From positions 625 through 64,624 of the IMG/VR virus record IMGVR_UViG_3300032282_002415: a DNA stretch of 64,000 nt, one strand, 5' to 3'. The notes below the pieces were generated by a model, which made no database searches, was not told where the DNA came from, and saw only the letters and a list, made by a program, of their open reading frames with translations. Position numbers and translations under genes: made by a program. This document shows, one piece after another, positions 35,639 through 45,950 of this stretch (the stretch's first letter is position 1; every line of letters begins with the position of its first letter). The DNA is from a virus. Its lineage: Duplodnaviria; Caudoviricetes.

Positions 35639-37651
35639 CTAATCAGGTTGGGCTAGCAATAATTCAAAAGTAGTGCCGTGAGTAGTCCAGTTTGGGATAG
35701 TATCGACTAAGCGACTCTGCACGGCAAAACGGTTTTTATAATAATGGCTACGTCCTGCGTTGGGGGCGTTTCCTTCCCAAAATAAGTCAGTTATACGAGA
35801 TACTCCGTTATAACCATCAAAAAAAGAGTTCACAAAAGAAGATTTTTCAAATAAAGCTGAATCTACCGCAATCTCATCATTAATTGCAGTGGCTGTCCAA
35901 GACAGCGACACTTTAGCAGTTACGGCTTGAGTAGGTGCCGCCCCTGTTACATATGGGCGAGAAAAAGAAGTGGTTATAGTGAATGGGTCAGATTCAACAG
36001 TACTAATAAGGTTGTTACTAGAGTCGTACCAAGTTATGCCAACAACAACATCGTAGGTAGTTGCCTGCGATGTAGCAACATATAAACTAAACGAATAATC
36101 ATTATCCGCAAAAATATTCATAGAACTTGATGTCATTGTTACTTCGCCTACAGCGGAGGCGTACATCTCCAAAGCTCCACCACTAATTGGTACAGAAGGG
36201 TCTTCGTTAGGAAAATCTCCTTCCACAGTTGTTAGTAGAGTAGTAGAGTTAGTAAATACCCAATTATCTGAGGTATCCTCAAAGTTTGGGTTCAGTAGTT
36301 CATTAATTCGAGTAGCTTTTAAAGTAAGCTCTAGTTGTCTAGCTTCTTGAAAATAAGTTGCTACCGTATTTTGTTCAAGCTGAACTGCATCAAAGTAGTG
36401 TATTTCTGCGGATGAAGTGCTAGTTATTTTAAAGTGAGGGGCCGCATAGTAAGCGTCAGCAGGAGCTACCGCATTTGTTTTAGACACTTTTGTCCAGCCA
36501 GTAGTTGAGTTAGTTACTCCAGTACCAAATGTAGTCGTTGAAATAAGTGTTCCATCTTTTGTATACCAAGAAATTGCTGCACTAACACTTCGTGTTGCCG
36601 TAGCTGCCCTTGAGTACCCGCTTAAACTGTACGCAAGCCCAGCAGTTATTGGAACTCCATATTGACGAGCATTAGCACCACTTAATTTAATTTCTGTAGT
36701 GGCGCTAGCGGTAGCAGTTACTTTAAGAATTCCTGCTTGAAGATTTTGAAAATTAGATTGAGATAAAGGTTCATCATAGGCAGGTACTGCGGCGTCGGGA
36801 TTGGTTGCTACTTGCAATAGTGTTGCGTTTGAAACCGAAGCCCAAGAACCAATTGTCTCTTCAAAAGAAGAGTCGTTGTAATCAAGCATTAAATTACGAC
36901 CCATAGTTACAGTGTTGTCATAACCGCCATATGCTTTTATGTATTCTTCAAGACCAATTTTGCTACCTTTAGTCTGGTATAAACGAATAGCGTTTCTTAA
37001 GTAAATTCTAGATTGTTTTAGACCTAGTTCTGGTTCGTATCTCAAACCAAATTGGTTCATAAAAGCAGGAATTAACAACCCGTGTACTTTATTAATGTTG
37101 TACCTAGATAACACGTTTTCAGCATCTGTTTTATATATGTCTAAACTTAAACCAAACAAATCTAAAAATCGTTTTAAAACATCGTTATCTTGTTCTACAG
37201 ATGAGTCGTATGGAACTTGTGAAGTTAAAATAGTTGGCAAGTAGTTGTACATTAAAGAAGACGCGTTAAAATTTTTAACGGAAGTACCAATAGCATACCC
37301 AGCTAACTGCCAACTATTGTAAAGGTTTTCTTTTACAAATAAACTATAATAATAGACTGAGCCTTCTTGTAAACCTACAATATTTGGAACTTGTCCAGTA
37401 TCTAAATATACAGAACGAGATGAATCAATCTCATCTTCAAATAGCACATCTCCATCATCAGCTGAAATAGGAAACCCGTAAAGGCTTCTTACAAGCCGCA
37501 GGTAACTCCAATCACCAGTTGGAGTACTCCAGCTTAATTGAATAGCTTGATGGTCAAACGGTTTGGCTACAAAAGGAGACGCGTCAAACTCTACAAGAGC
37601 TGAGGCCCCGTAGTACGCAGCACCATAGTAATCAATACCGTATTTAGACAA
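35639..37651 (-). CDS. baseplate wedge / tail protein I-like with carbohydrate-binding-like modules
   Basis: YNYLP, LKRFL, LYQTKGS..G; repeated NL...SFE...W jelly-roll modules. Confidence 0.75.
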   Translation of the reverse strand: MSKYGIDYYGAAYYGASALVEFDASPFVAKPFDHQAIQLSWSTPTGDWSYLRLVRSLYGFPISADDGDVLFEDEIDSSRSVYLDTGQVPNIVGLQEGSVYYYSLFVKENLYNSWQLAGYAIGTSVKNFNASSLMYNYLPTILTSQVPYDSSVEQDNDVLKRFLDLFGLSLDIYKTDAENVLSRYNINKVHGLLIPAFMNQFGLRYEPELGLKQSRIYLRNAIRLYQTKGSKIGLEEYIKAYGGYDNTVTMGRNLMLDYNDSSFEETIGSWASVSNATLLQVATNPDAAVPAYDEPLSQSNFQNLQAGILKVTATASATTEIKLSGANARQYGVPITAGLAYSLSGYSRAATATRSVSAAISWYTKDGTLISTTTFGTGVTNSTTGWTKVSKTNAVAPADAYYAAPHFKITSTSSAEIHYFDAVQLEQNTVATYFQEARQLELTLKATRINELLNPNFEDTSDNWVFTNSTTLLTTVEGDFPNEDPSVPISGGALEMYASAVGEVTMTSSSMNIFADNDYSFSLYVATSQATTYDVVVGITWYDSSNNLISTVESDPFTITTSFSRPYVTGAAPTQAVTAKVSLSWTATAINDEIAVDSALFEKSSFVNSFFDGYNGVSRITDLFWEGNAPNAGRSHYYKNRFAVQSRLVDTIPNWTTHGTTFELLLAQPD

Positions 37652-38137
37652 TTACATTCCACCTAGCAACAAACTTGTGACAAAATCACGTTGTACTCCA
37701 CCAACAACTTCTGCGTTATTAATTGAAATAACACCATTAGCAGTTACTCTACTAACTACGTTTCCAGAAGAGTCTTTCCACTGTTGTAAATCCGCAGTTT
37801 GACCAGAAACAGCTTCTACTTTTAGACCTACTACAGAAATTGCAGAAGGGGTAATAACACTTCCACCCGCTCTTTTAACATATTGAGTATGAGTATCGGC
37901 AACAATTCCAGTTTCAATATTTTCAAGGCGAGCTTTTATAGTAGAAAAGTTATTAATGGAGCTAATAAAAGTTCCACTTGAAGAAGGTGCAGTAGAAGTT
38001 GCTGGGTTAAGCCCAATAACAGATTCAATAGCAACCACTTCATCTTGAATAGAGTTAGGGTCTGCCGCTTGAATAAGGTCTACTACGTTTACTTTTGGAA
38101 TAAACGGAGCAATAGCGGATGGGTAATAGGCTGCCAT
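37652..38137 (-). CDS. tail/baseplate-associated structural protein
   Basis: Position in the baseplate module; N.IQDEV.AIE and HTQY. Confidence 0.6.
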   Translation of the reverse strand: MAAYYPSAIAPFIPKVNVVDLIQAADPNSIQDEVVAIESVIGLNPATSTAPSSSGTFISSINNFSTIKARLENIETGIVADTHTQYVKRAGGSVITPSAISVVGLKVEAVSGQTADLQQWKDSSGNVVSRVTANGVISINNAEVVGGVQRDFVTSLLLGGM

Positions 38138-38145
38138 ATATGTCC

Positions 38146-39840
38146 TTACTGTGTAATTCCGCCAGAGGCAGTAATTGTTATTGTTCCAGCTTTTGGAATT
38201 TCATTTGTGTTACAGATAATTGAATTGACTCCAATTACTGATAATGCTGCCCCTGTGGTAGAAGAAGACCCGCCACAATTTGCAGATAAAGTAATAGTAC
38301 TTGCTCCACTATTTATTGCTGAAATAGTAGTACCAGCAGGAATAGTTACAGTTCCTCCAGTTACAGCAATTTGTTGACCAACTTGAAGGCTAGTAAAATT
38401 TGAAACATTTGCAATAGTAGGGCTCCCAGAAGTTATATTTCCAGTAAACACTGAGCTAGAGCGACGTAATAAAGTAACTTCTGAATACGAAATTCCATCT
38501 ACTGTAGATAAGGCTGCTAATAAATATTGAATAACAAATTCTTCAGCAAACACTGTGCTATCAAAATCAAGAAGCGTTCTAACTACCGAATCGGCTGCTG
38601 TAGAAATTACAGGTTGACGATACTGTGGAAGAAGGTTTATTGTTACTGATACGTCAATTGGCACATAAGTTGGCTCAACAATAGTAATAGTAGTAGTTGC
38701 TGGAGCTTTATCTGTTAAAAAAGTAAGGAGGATATCAGCAACAGCATTAAATCTATCTGAAGGGTCTCCGTTACCATCTACGCCAGGAGTTCCAAGCTGC
38801 GCATCTCCTGTAGGAGCCATATAGATAGTAATATTGTTAAAAGAAGTGGCGTCAGCAACCGCTTTTGCTACTTCGTTTAATTGAATTGCTAAAGCAGCGT
38901 AATCTTTTAAAGAAACTGCTCTGTTTAATGCGGTAAGGGCGTAAGGAGCGTTATAACGGATGCTGTCGGTAGACTCTGCATCATACCCGCCAAAAGCTGC
39001 GTTAAGGTTGTCACAGCGAACTGTTCCAACAACTGTGTCACTTAAAATATATCTTAGTGTTCCTGGACCAACATTTCCATAAGCGCCACCGCCAACACGA
39101 TAAGTAACTACTATGGGACCAATTGGAGGGATACGACCACTGATATTGTCGCCAAAATTAATAGTAGAAATTCCATCAGCATCAGTAGACACTGTATACA
39201 CAGGGTCATTTGCATTTGAATCAATCAAGTACTCGACACGGGTATACACAACACCATTAGCAACAACATACGTACTGTCATTAATTAATGGGCTTCTAGA
39301 TAAAGAAAATGATTGATAAGCATTTCCCGTAGAAGTTCCAACAGGTTCCTCAGCAACAGTTTCACCCTGTGTTGCAAATACTGTTGCAGGGCCTGGTGTA
39401 GCGCCTGTTGCAGCTGGAACTTCAATTTCCTCATCTGTTTCAAAGATTATCTGTGTAGTAATTCCGTTTACTGTGGTAGTAGTTGCCACTTCAGTTAAAG
39501 CAGGAACTACTACAGCTTCGTCTCCAAAATTTGAAAACGTTAACAAAGCTTTTGCTGGCCCACCCATGCTTGGTGAATATCCTAATAATTCAGCGATAGA
39601 AAGCACAGAACTGCGTTGAGTTGCGGTACTTATAAAGCCTTCATTAGCGGCTCTGTCAATATAATAATTAAGCATGTCTCCCATATAGGCAAACAGTTCA
39701 ATTAAAGTAATACCAAAGTCTGAAGCGTCTGTATTAGTCCATTCAGGCAAAAAAATGGGAATTAACGCCATAATGTCATCACGAATAGCCGAGTAATCTC
39801 GGGATGTAAAGTCTACTTGAGGAACATAGTTAGACGCCAT
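38146..39840 (-). CDS. baseplate wedge protein (J / gp6-like)
   Basis: DFTSRDY, DFGITLIELFAY.GD.L.YY.D, FGD...GRIP and RAVSLKDY. Confidence 0.9.
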   Translation of the reverse strand: MASNYVPQVDFTSRDYSAIRDDIMALIPIFLPEWTNTDASDFGITLIELFAYMGDMLNYYIDRAANEGFISTATQRSSVLSIAELLGYSPSMGGPAKALLTFSNFGDEAVVVPALTEVATTTTVNGITTQIIFETDEEIEVPAATGATPGPATVFATQGETVAEEPVGTSTGNAYQSFSLSRSPLINDSTYVVANGVVYTRVEYLIDSNANDPVYTVSTDADGISTINFGDNISGRIPPIGPIVVTYRVGGGAYGNVGPGTLRYILSDTVVGTVRCDNLNAAFGGYDAESTDSIRYNAPYALTALNRAVSLKDYAALAIQLNEVAKAVADATSFNNITIYMAPTGDAQLGTPGVDGNGDPSDRFNAVADILLTFLTDKAPATTTITIVEPTYVPIDVSVTINLLPQYRQPVISTAADSVVRTLLDFDSTVFAEEFVIQYLLAALSTVDGISYSEVTLLRRSSSVFTGNITSGSPTIANVSNFTSLQVGQQIAVTGGTVTIPAGTTISAINSGASTITLSANCGGSSSTTGAALSVIGVNSIICNTNEIPKAGTITITASGGITQ

Positions 39841-40235
39841 TAGTACTCCTGAATAATATCGCCAGAACGGGAAATATAGCCTGTTCTTAAGGTAACTTCG
39901 TCGTTATCCTGATTGGGCAACGCATAGTAAATTGTAACGTTTAGGGTACCTAATTGAGGGTCCATAACTACAGACACTTTACCCAATTTTAATTCTGGCA
40001 AAAAAGACACAAATATGTTGCTTACTTGTCCTTGAATAATAGCGCCAGCCTCATCAGGGTTTTCAAATACAGCTGATTTAACAGTGCCCCCGTATCTAGG
40101 TCTAAAAACTCGTTCGCCAAACTGAGTCATAACGGCTGCAATTACACGGCTCTGCCATATTTTTTTAGGGTCACTAGAAGAATATATAGACCCCGATTCG
40201 TCTATAGAAAACGGCAAAACTATTGCTCTTTCCAT
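39840..40235 (-). CDS. gp25/W-like baseplate wedge subunit
   Basis: T..GERVFRP.YG. Confidence 0.88.
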   Translation of the reverse strand: MERAIVLPFSIDESGSIYSSSDPKKIWQSRVIAAVMTQFGERVFRPRYGGTVKSAVFENPDEAGAIIQGQVSNIFVSFLPELKLGKVSVVMDPQLGTLNVTIYYALPNQDNDEVTLRTGYISRSGDIIQEY

Positions 40236-40589
40236 TTAATACACTCCTATCCATACTGGAAAATTAGGGTCTCCACCCTCAAACATTACCCACACTCCTT
40301 GGTTTAAGTCTGGTATTTGTTTAGGCTTTTCATAAACTAATGCGTGGGTATGTGACATACCATGCGTATGTGCGGGCGTTCCCGAACTACTGGTATTACT
40401 AGATGAGCTTGCCTCAGTAACATTTTGTGCTCCATTAATTACCACAGGTAAACAAGGAGATGCCCAATTAGTTACATTAGTATGTAATACTTGTGGGACT
40501 TTTAATCTAATTCTATTTTTACTTTGTGGGTCTGCGTTATCTACGCAGACTCCTCTGTAAATTCCGTAAAAAACATGATTATCTGACAT
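40236..40589 (-). CDS. baseplate spike, gp5/VgrG OB-fold
   Basis: YRG.CVDN.DP...RIRLKVP, VWVMFEGGD..FPVWIG and an HTH.MSHTH metal-binding motif. Confidence 0.85.
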   Translation of the reverse strand: MSDNHVFYGIYRGVCVDNADPQSKNRIRLKVPQVLHTNVTNWASPCLPVVINGAQNVTEASSSSNTSSSGTPAHTHGMSHTHALVYEKPKQIPDLNQGVWVMFEGGDPNFPVWIGVY

Positions 40590-41898
40590 TTTGTGCCGCC
40601 AATTTATACAAAACATACGAAGGTCGTCTGGGGTCAACAGCCTCTGAAGTCTTTAAGTTTCTTCCAGAGCCTGTCCAATTATAACTAGCTTCTCCCTTTA
40701 CTGGAACTTTAGTTATATTTTTTGCTTGAGAAAAATGAGCCGCGTTCCCCTTTTTTACTCCAGTTCCCTTTTTACTCAATGTTGTTTTTGGAGCAATATT
40801 TTTTTGCCGTACTCCAGGAGATATTACTCTAGTAACTTTTTCATCAGGAGCAGATACTGTTTTGTTATCAGTCCAAGTAGCAGCAAGTCCTAAAGAGTCT
40901 GTTCCTACAACCGCTTTTGTAGTAAACATTTGCTCTTCAACTGTGTGCTCTACCGACAAAATTGTCCAAAAACCAGAATAGTTAGGCCCTACTCCATCTA
41001 AAAATAATGGAGAATCTGGTAAAAGTTTAGGGTTTCCTGGCAAGTGCACTTCGCCACGATATGCGTATCTAGTTCTTTCTATAGCTGCTTTAGCCTCATA
41101 TCTAGATGTTTGAAAAGTAGGCGCAACTGTTTTAGTGGCGTAAGAGTCAAATACTGGAGGGTTTGATTTTTTGCGAGTTGATTTTATAGGTGTTTGGTCT
41201 GCATTGACATGAGCAGCCCCTGTATTACCATCCACACCACCAATAGAAATTGTATTTTTTTGCGCATCAGCGAACGGAATAGATTCTCCAATTAACGGCT
41301 TAAATGAATAAATGCCAGTTGATTTAGACTCTAATCCACCTAACGCATAATAGTTAGCTTGTTGACGAGACTCTGTAAAGTCTTGAGTAAGCGGTTGAAA
41401 TATTAAAGTTGTATTGTCTGCTTTAAAGGAGTAACCCGATTGCTTAGCTAATTTAACTAATAATTCCCAATCAGACATTCCAGCCTGAGAAATCTGTGGA
41501 TAAACACGTGGATGAGGAGTAGCTATGTAAGAAAACTTATGCTTCTTAGCAATATCTGCGACAACAGCGTCTGCCGTTACATTTGTCCATACTTTTTGTC
41601 CTTGTTGCTTAAGGACATAAGAGGCGCCAATCACAGTTACTTCTACATAGTTTTTACTTGGTGATAAATCTGGCTGAATGTGATGTATGTAGCCATTAAA
41701 TTCTCTAGAACTGTGTAGTCCACTTACTATAACGGAAATAGGAGTTCCAGAAGATACAGAATCTGAAGGGACGGCCCAGTTTAAAAAGTAAATGGTGGCT
41801 AATTCATGCTCGTACCTAGCATGGGTATGCGTGTATTCATACGCTCTATGTAAAGGCACATCAAGTGTAGGAAAATTTATATCTAAATAACTAAACAC
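40579..41898 (-). CDS. baseplate hub (gpD/gp27-like)
   Basis: Q...SDWELLVKLA..SGY and YSGFW.I.SVEH. Confidence 0.8.
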   Translation of the reverse strand: MFSYLDINFPTLDVPLHRAYEYTHTHARYEHELATIYFLNWAVPSDSVSSGTPISVIVSGLHSSREFNGYIHHIQPDLSPSKNYVEVTVIGASYVLKQQGQKVWTNVTADAVVADIAKKHKFSYIATPHPRVYPQISQAGMSDWELLVKLAKQSGYSFKADNTTLIFQPLTQDFTESRQQANYYALGGLESKSTGIYSFKPLIGESIPFADAQKNTISIGGVDGNTGAAHVNADQTPIKSTRKKSNPPVFDSYATKTVAPTFQTSRYEAKAAIERTRYAYRGEVHLPGNPKLLPDSPLFLDGVGPNYSGFWTILSVEHTVEEQMFTTKAVVGTDSLGLAATWTDNKTVSAPDEKVTRVISPGVRQKNIAPKTTLSKKGTGVKKGNAAHFSQAKNITKVPVKGEASYNWTGSGRNLKTSEAVDPRRPSYVLYKLAAQNVR

Positions 41899-42169
41899 GT
41901 GGGATTCTCAGCACAGTTCCTGGGACTATATTAGTAAAGTCAGATACTTCTGGGTTGTGCTCTACAATTAACCACCAAAGGTCTGAACGGTTATAGTATT
42001 TAAAAGACAGCGCATCTAACCGTTCCCCTTGAGAATACACATGGTCAGTCCAACTTCGTGTTCCAGGAGTAGCAAACTCGTAGAATACAATAGGAAATTG
42101 ACTGGTGTTAACATCAAAAGAAATATAATCAATAAGTTGAGTGTAATAACGAGAGTTTTGGTAAATCAT
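41891..42169 (-). CDS. LysM / gpX-like baseplate protein
   Basis: GERLD.LS.KYY....WW.I...NP...PGTVLRIP. Confidence 0.85.
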   Translation of the reverse strand: MIYQNSRYYTQLIDYISFDVNTSQFPIVFYEFATPGTRSWTDHVYSQGERLDALSFKYYNRSDLWWLIVEHNPEVSDFTNIVPGTVLRIPRV

Positions 42170-43416
42170 GGGGTGGTTGCTCCCTTTGGTACTGTGCTAC
42201 CTGCAACACCAGAAGTTGTGTATCCAGTTCCAGCGCGTAGGTCTATGGAGATGCTTACGTCTGTACGAATAGGTATCATTTCTCTTGTAAAAGCAAGATG
42301 AGTAACGTCAACACTGCTAATAATTCCTAAATATTTTTGAGGCCCTAAATCCAAACGAACTAAGGTAGGTCGCAAGTATCCAATTTCAGAAGTATCTTGT
42401 CCTAATTTATTAAAACCATCTCCATTAATACTTCTATATAAATACTCTAAGTCTGCAGCGGTTCCGTATAGATATAAATCTCTAATTTTTGAGTTTATAT
42501 TAGCGGCAAAATCTACTCCGCTAAATACTGGGCCACCAGAAGAGTAATAACTATAAAGAGAAGATACGTCAGCGTCTATATTTGCAAAAGATTTTTCATT
42601 TTGTACACCAAAACCAAAGTTATTAGCTTTAAAACTAGCAAAGTCATTTGTTCTATCTAATCTTAGAGTGAATCTAATAGTAGAGTTAGCTGCAACAAAA
42701 CCTGTTAAACCTGATGTAGCGTCAGTTTCACTTGGAGTAATGTTCGTGTTTACTGAGGTGTTTTGGCTAAATGTCTCAGGATTCCACATAAACTGAAACC
42801 CATAACGAGCTTTTGCAGCATTACCGCCTTTAACTTGTAAAGTTTTGTCGGTAGCATTTCCAGTTACTTGAACATCTGGACCAACGTAACCTTGTCCAAA
42901 AAATATTTTTCCACGACGAGACCCGTGTGAATTAGGCTTTACTTTTGAGTTTTCAGAGTTAACAACGCCTGGGTCTATAGGAAGACTCCAAGTGTGGGGG
43001 GGAAGGTTCCACTTATAGGTTGAATCTGGCTCAATAACGACAGGAGTTGGGGGCTCAGCTGGTGGAGGCGGAGGCGTTGGTTTAGTTACATTTTTTGGCG
43101 GAGTTTTAATAACATCCCATAATTTTGGAAGGCCTTTAAAGTCTTTTGGTATAGGACGATTTATAAGCATAGTATAAAATTTACTGCTCATATAACTTTT
43201 GTTTACATCATTTTTACCTGGCTTTACACCTGGAAGTTTAGGAAATTTTTTATCGTAAACTAGGCCATCAGGAGTTTGAATAAAACGGTCTGAAGCAGCA
43301 TTAACAGGGTGACCATACTTATCTGCAAGTTGCAGCGTGATTGTATTGTATCTAGTGGCAGTGTAAGAAGCGCTTCTGTTTGCTGCAGCGCTAGTAGTTG
43401 GTTTATTTACAGCCAT
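42166..43416 (-). CDS. tail tube initiator-like structural protein
   Basis: FQFMWNPE, ISSVDVTH..F...MIPIR; position after the tape measure. Confidence 0.6.
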   Translation of the reverse strand: MAVNKPTTSAAANRSASYTATRYNTITLQLADKYGHPVNAASDRFIQTPDGLVYDKKFPKLPGVKPGKNDVNKSYMSSKFYTMLINRPIPKDFKGLPKLWDVIKTPPKNVTKPTPPPPPAEPPTPVVIEPDSTYKWNLPPHTWSLPIDPGVVNSENSKVKPNSHGSRRGKIFFGQGYVGPDVQVTGNATDKTLQVKGGNAAKARYGFQFMWNPETFSQNTSVNTNITPSETDATSGLTGFVAANSTIRFTLRLDRTNDFASFKANNFGFGVQNEKSFANIDADVSSLYSYYSSGGPVFSGVDFAANINSKIRDLYLYGTAADLEYLYRSINGDGFNKLGQDTSEIGYLRPTLVRLDLGPQKYLGIISSVDVTHLAFTREMIPIRTDVSISIDLRAGTGYTTSGVAGSTVPKGATTP

Positions 43417-45794
43417 TATTTGTTAACCACCTTTGATGATATACCAATTTTGCTAAGTTCTTCTTTGACTGCTTTACCAATTTCTTTAGCAGATACTTGA
43501 GCGCCTTTAGTATCTACAGTAATTGTAACACCACCATAGTTAACAACATTTGGAGTAGATGAGGAATGAGTTTCTAATTGGCCCGTTTTTTGATTGATAA
43601 CTAAAAATTGTTGGGCAGAAGAGTTTGTGTTGGAGCTATAAGCAGAACCAGTAGATGCACCTTGTCCAAGACCAGAACCAGATACGGCTCCGCCAGACAT
43701 AGCTGACTCTGGGGAATATCCAACTAGGTCTCCAGCGGCAAAAAGGTTATTACCAGCGCCTAATGTGTTTGCGTTAATCCCACCTCCATCAACACCACCT
43801 GTTTTGTTTTCAGTGCTTTGTGGGTCATTAAGGTTTGGAAGGCTGCTAGTTCCAGTAACACCATTAAGAACACGGGAACAGCTAGTTACATTTTCTAAGT
43901 TAACACCGACTCGTTGAACATTTCCACCAGTTCGTGGAGCTTCAATCATAATTCCGTTACCTACATAAAGGGCAACGTGATGAGCAGGGTCTCCCCAAAA
44001 TAATAAGTCTCCTGGTTGAGCGTCTTTTGGGTTAATTTTAATGCCGCATTTTTGTTGTTCGTGAGCAGTTCTAGGAAGAATAACACCAGATTTAGACATT
44101 ACGTAACGAACAAATGAAGAGCAGTCAAAGCCTACAGTTTTAGCGCCTCTACCAGTACCGCTTGTAGGACCTTGGTTATTTCCACCGCCCCAAGAATAAG
44201 GAACACCTAATTGTGACTCAGCAGTAGCTAGTACAGAACCTGATGCTCGCCCAGTGCTTGGTGCAGGAGTACTTGATGCTTCAGAGCCTTGAGTTCCGTA
44301 TGCGTCACCACCACCAGAGATTAAGTCTCCGCCGTGAGTTATAAGCCCCCAGCCAGTACCAAGTAAAGCTCCAATACCTGTACCAACTCCTGGAATAAAG
44401 CTTCCAAGAGCCGCCCCAGTTAAAGCACTTGAGCCAATACTAGCTGCAGCTTTACCTCTAGTTCTGGTAGAGGAACCTACTTTATCGCCAAATAATTTAT
44501 CTAATCCCATTGCAGCTAAAATTGCAGCAATTGACCCTAAGCCTAATTTTGCCCCTACTCCCATGCCAGGTTTAGCACCAGCAACAGGCGCCTTGCCTCC
44601 AGCAACTGTAGTTCCGCCAGCACCGCCAAATTTACCTGCCATAAAACCAGCAAATTGACCAACAGCTTGTGCTACTAGAGCAGCCATTGCAATACCAGCT
44701 TGACCTAAATGGTCGGCGCTAATTGTTTCCGCTTTAGCAATTTGTTTCAAGGCATACGCGGCTTTATCTGAAGTTTTAATTAAATTAGCAAATCCGTCGT
44801 TTAATTTTGTAAGTAACTTAGCACCTTCAATAAAACCTTCTGACATGGCAGGGGCTGCAGCAGAAGTTAAACCAAATTTAGATGCGTTTAACTCACTTTG
44901 AGCATTTGAGGCTGCAGTTATTTGACCAGATTTAGTTAAGCTAGCCTTACTTAAATCCCCACCACCAGAGTATTGAAGGGCAGCTCCTTGTAAAGCGCCT
45001 CTAAGGGTTGAATCTCCACCAGCAACAAAATCCATAAAGTTAGCAAGACCATTACCAGACTGCATACCAATAGCAATATCTTGTTTAGTAAGCTTTTTAC
45101 CAGATTGTTGTTGAGCAAAATTATAAATATCTTTAAAAATTTCAGATGGACTACGCATAGTACCTTGAGCGTTACGAACGTTGATACCAAACATACGAAG
45201 TCTATTTACAGAAGCACCGCTATTTAAAGCAGTAGTAGCCTGCATTGCGCTACTCATACTTCCAGTTAAGTTTGATACTTGAGCAACTCCACCTAAAACT
45301 CGATTATATCCAGGCATACCTGGAAGTAACCCAGCTTGAGTTCCTTGAGAGACTGCTTGAATAGCGTCGTATGGGCTATCTGTTGTTCCGCCCATCATTG
45401 CGCCACGAACAGCAGAGGTTACATTTCCTTGGAAACCAGAAAATCTAGCTTGAGAAGTAAGAAGTTGAGTGTTAAGAGTTTCTTGTAAACCAGGAGCTGC
45501 CTGAGCAGCAACACCTACAGCACCTAAAGCAAAAGATGCAACAGATTTAACACCTTGCACAAATCCACTAAAGCTGCCTTTAGTAGTTAGATTTCCACCA
45601 CCGCCATTAGCAGTGGCATTACCTCCGCCAGCAGTCCCTCCACCAGCACCACCAATATTTAAACTTTTGGCAATTTCATTAGATAATTTTAAAGTTTTTT
45701 CTAAGGTGGCATTAAACTTTTCCATATAGGCAGTAGAGTTCAAAATATTTTGAGACACGGAAGAGCTAGTGTTGTTAGGGTCTTTAGTTACCAT
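43416..45794 (-). CDS. tape measure protein with an NlpC/P60 peptidase domain
   Basis: Ala/Gly-rich helical body; LGVPYSWGG, GFDCSSFV, PGDLLFW and HVALY. Confidence 0.88.
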   Translation of the reverse strand: MVTKDPNNTSSSVSQNILNSTAYMEKFNATLEKTLKLSNEIAKSLNIGGAGGGTAGGGNATANGGGGNLTTKGSFSGFVQGVKSVASFALGAVGVAAQAAPGLQETLNTQLLTSQARFSGFQGNVTSAVRGAMMGGTTDSPYDAIQAVSQGTQAGLLPGMPGYNRVLGGVAQVSNLTGSMSSAMQATTALNSGASVNRLRMFGINVRNAQGTMRSPSEIFKDIYNFAQQQSGKKLTKQDIAIGMQSGNGLANFMDFVAGGDSTLRGALQGAALQYSGGGDLSKASLTKSGQITAASNAQSELNASKFGLTSAAAPAMSEGFIEGAKLLTKLNDGFANLIKTSDKAAYALKQIAKAETISADHLGQAGIAMAALVAQAVGQFAGFMAGKFGGAGGTTVAGGKAPVAGAKPGMGVGAKLGLGSIAAILAAMGLDKLFGDKVGSSTRTRGKAAASIGSSALTGAALGSFIPGVGTGIGALLGTGWGLITHGGDLISGGGDAYGTQGSEASSTPAPSTGRASGSVLATAESQLGVPYSWGGGNNQGPTSGTGRGAKTVGFDCSSFVRYVMSKSGVILPRTAHEQQKCGIKINPKDAQPGDLLFWGDPAHHVALYVGNGIMIEAPRTGGNVQRVGVNLENVTSCSRVLNGVTGTSSLPNLNDPQSTENKTGGVDGGGINANTLGAGNNLFAAGDLVGYSPESAMSGGAVSGSGLGQGASTGSAYSSNTNSSAQQFLVINQKTGQLETHSSSTPNVVNYGGVTITVDTKGAQVSAKEIGKAVKEELSKIGISSKVVNK

Positions 45795-45797
45795 ACG

Positions 45798-45950
45798 CTA
45801 TCCCTTCGTTGGATATCTCAAGGCTCTTTCAAGCCAGTTACTTCGTTCTCTATAAGACATTGTGCGTATATCGTTCAATGTCCAACCTGAAAATGCTCGA
45901 GTTAATGCTTCGTATTGGTCCAATAAGTATTCGTAATCTGATTCGCTATA
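45798..45950 (-). CDS. second tail assembly chaperone segment (gp51/T-like), not in the ORF track
   Basis: +1 frame reads YSESDYEYLLDQYEALTRAFSGWTLNDIRTMSYRERSNWL...TKG*; only a weak TTG start at 45923. Confidence 0.7.
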   Translation of the reverse strand, partial: YSESDYEYLLDQYEALTRAFSGWTLNDIRTMSYRERSNWLERALRYPTKG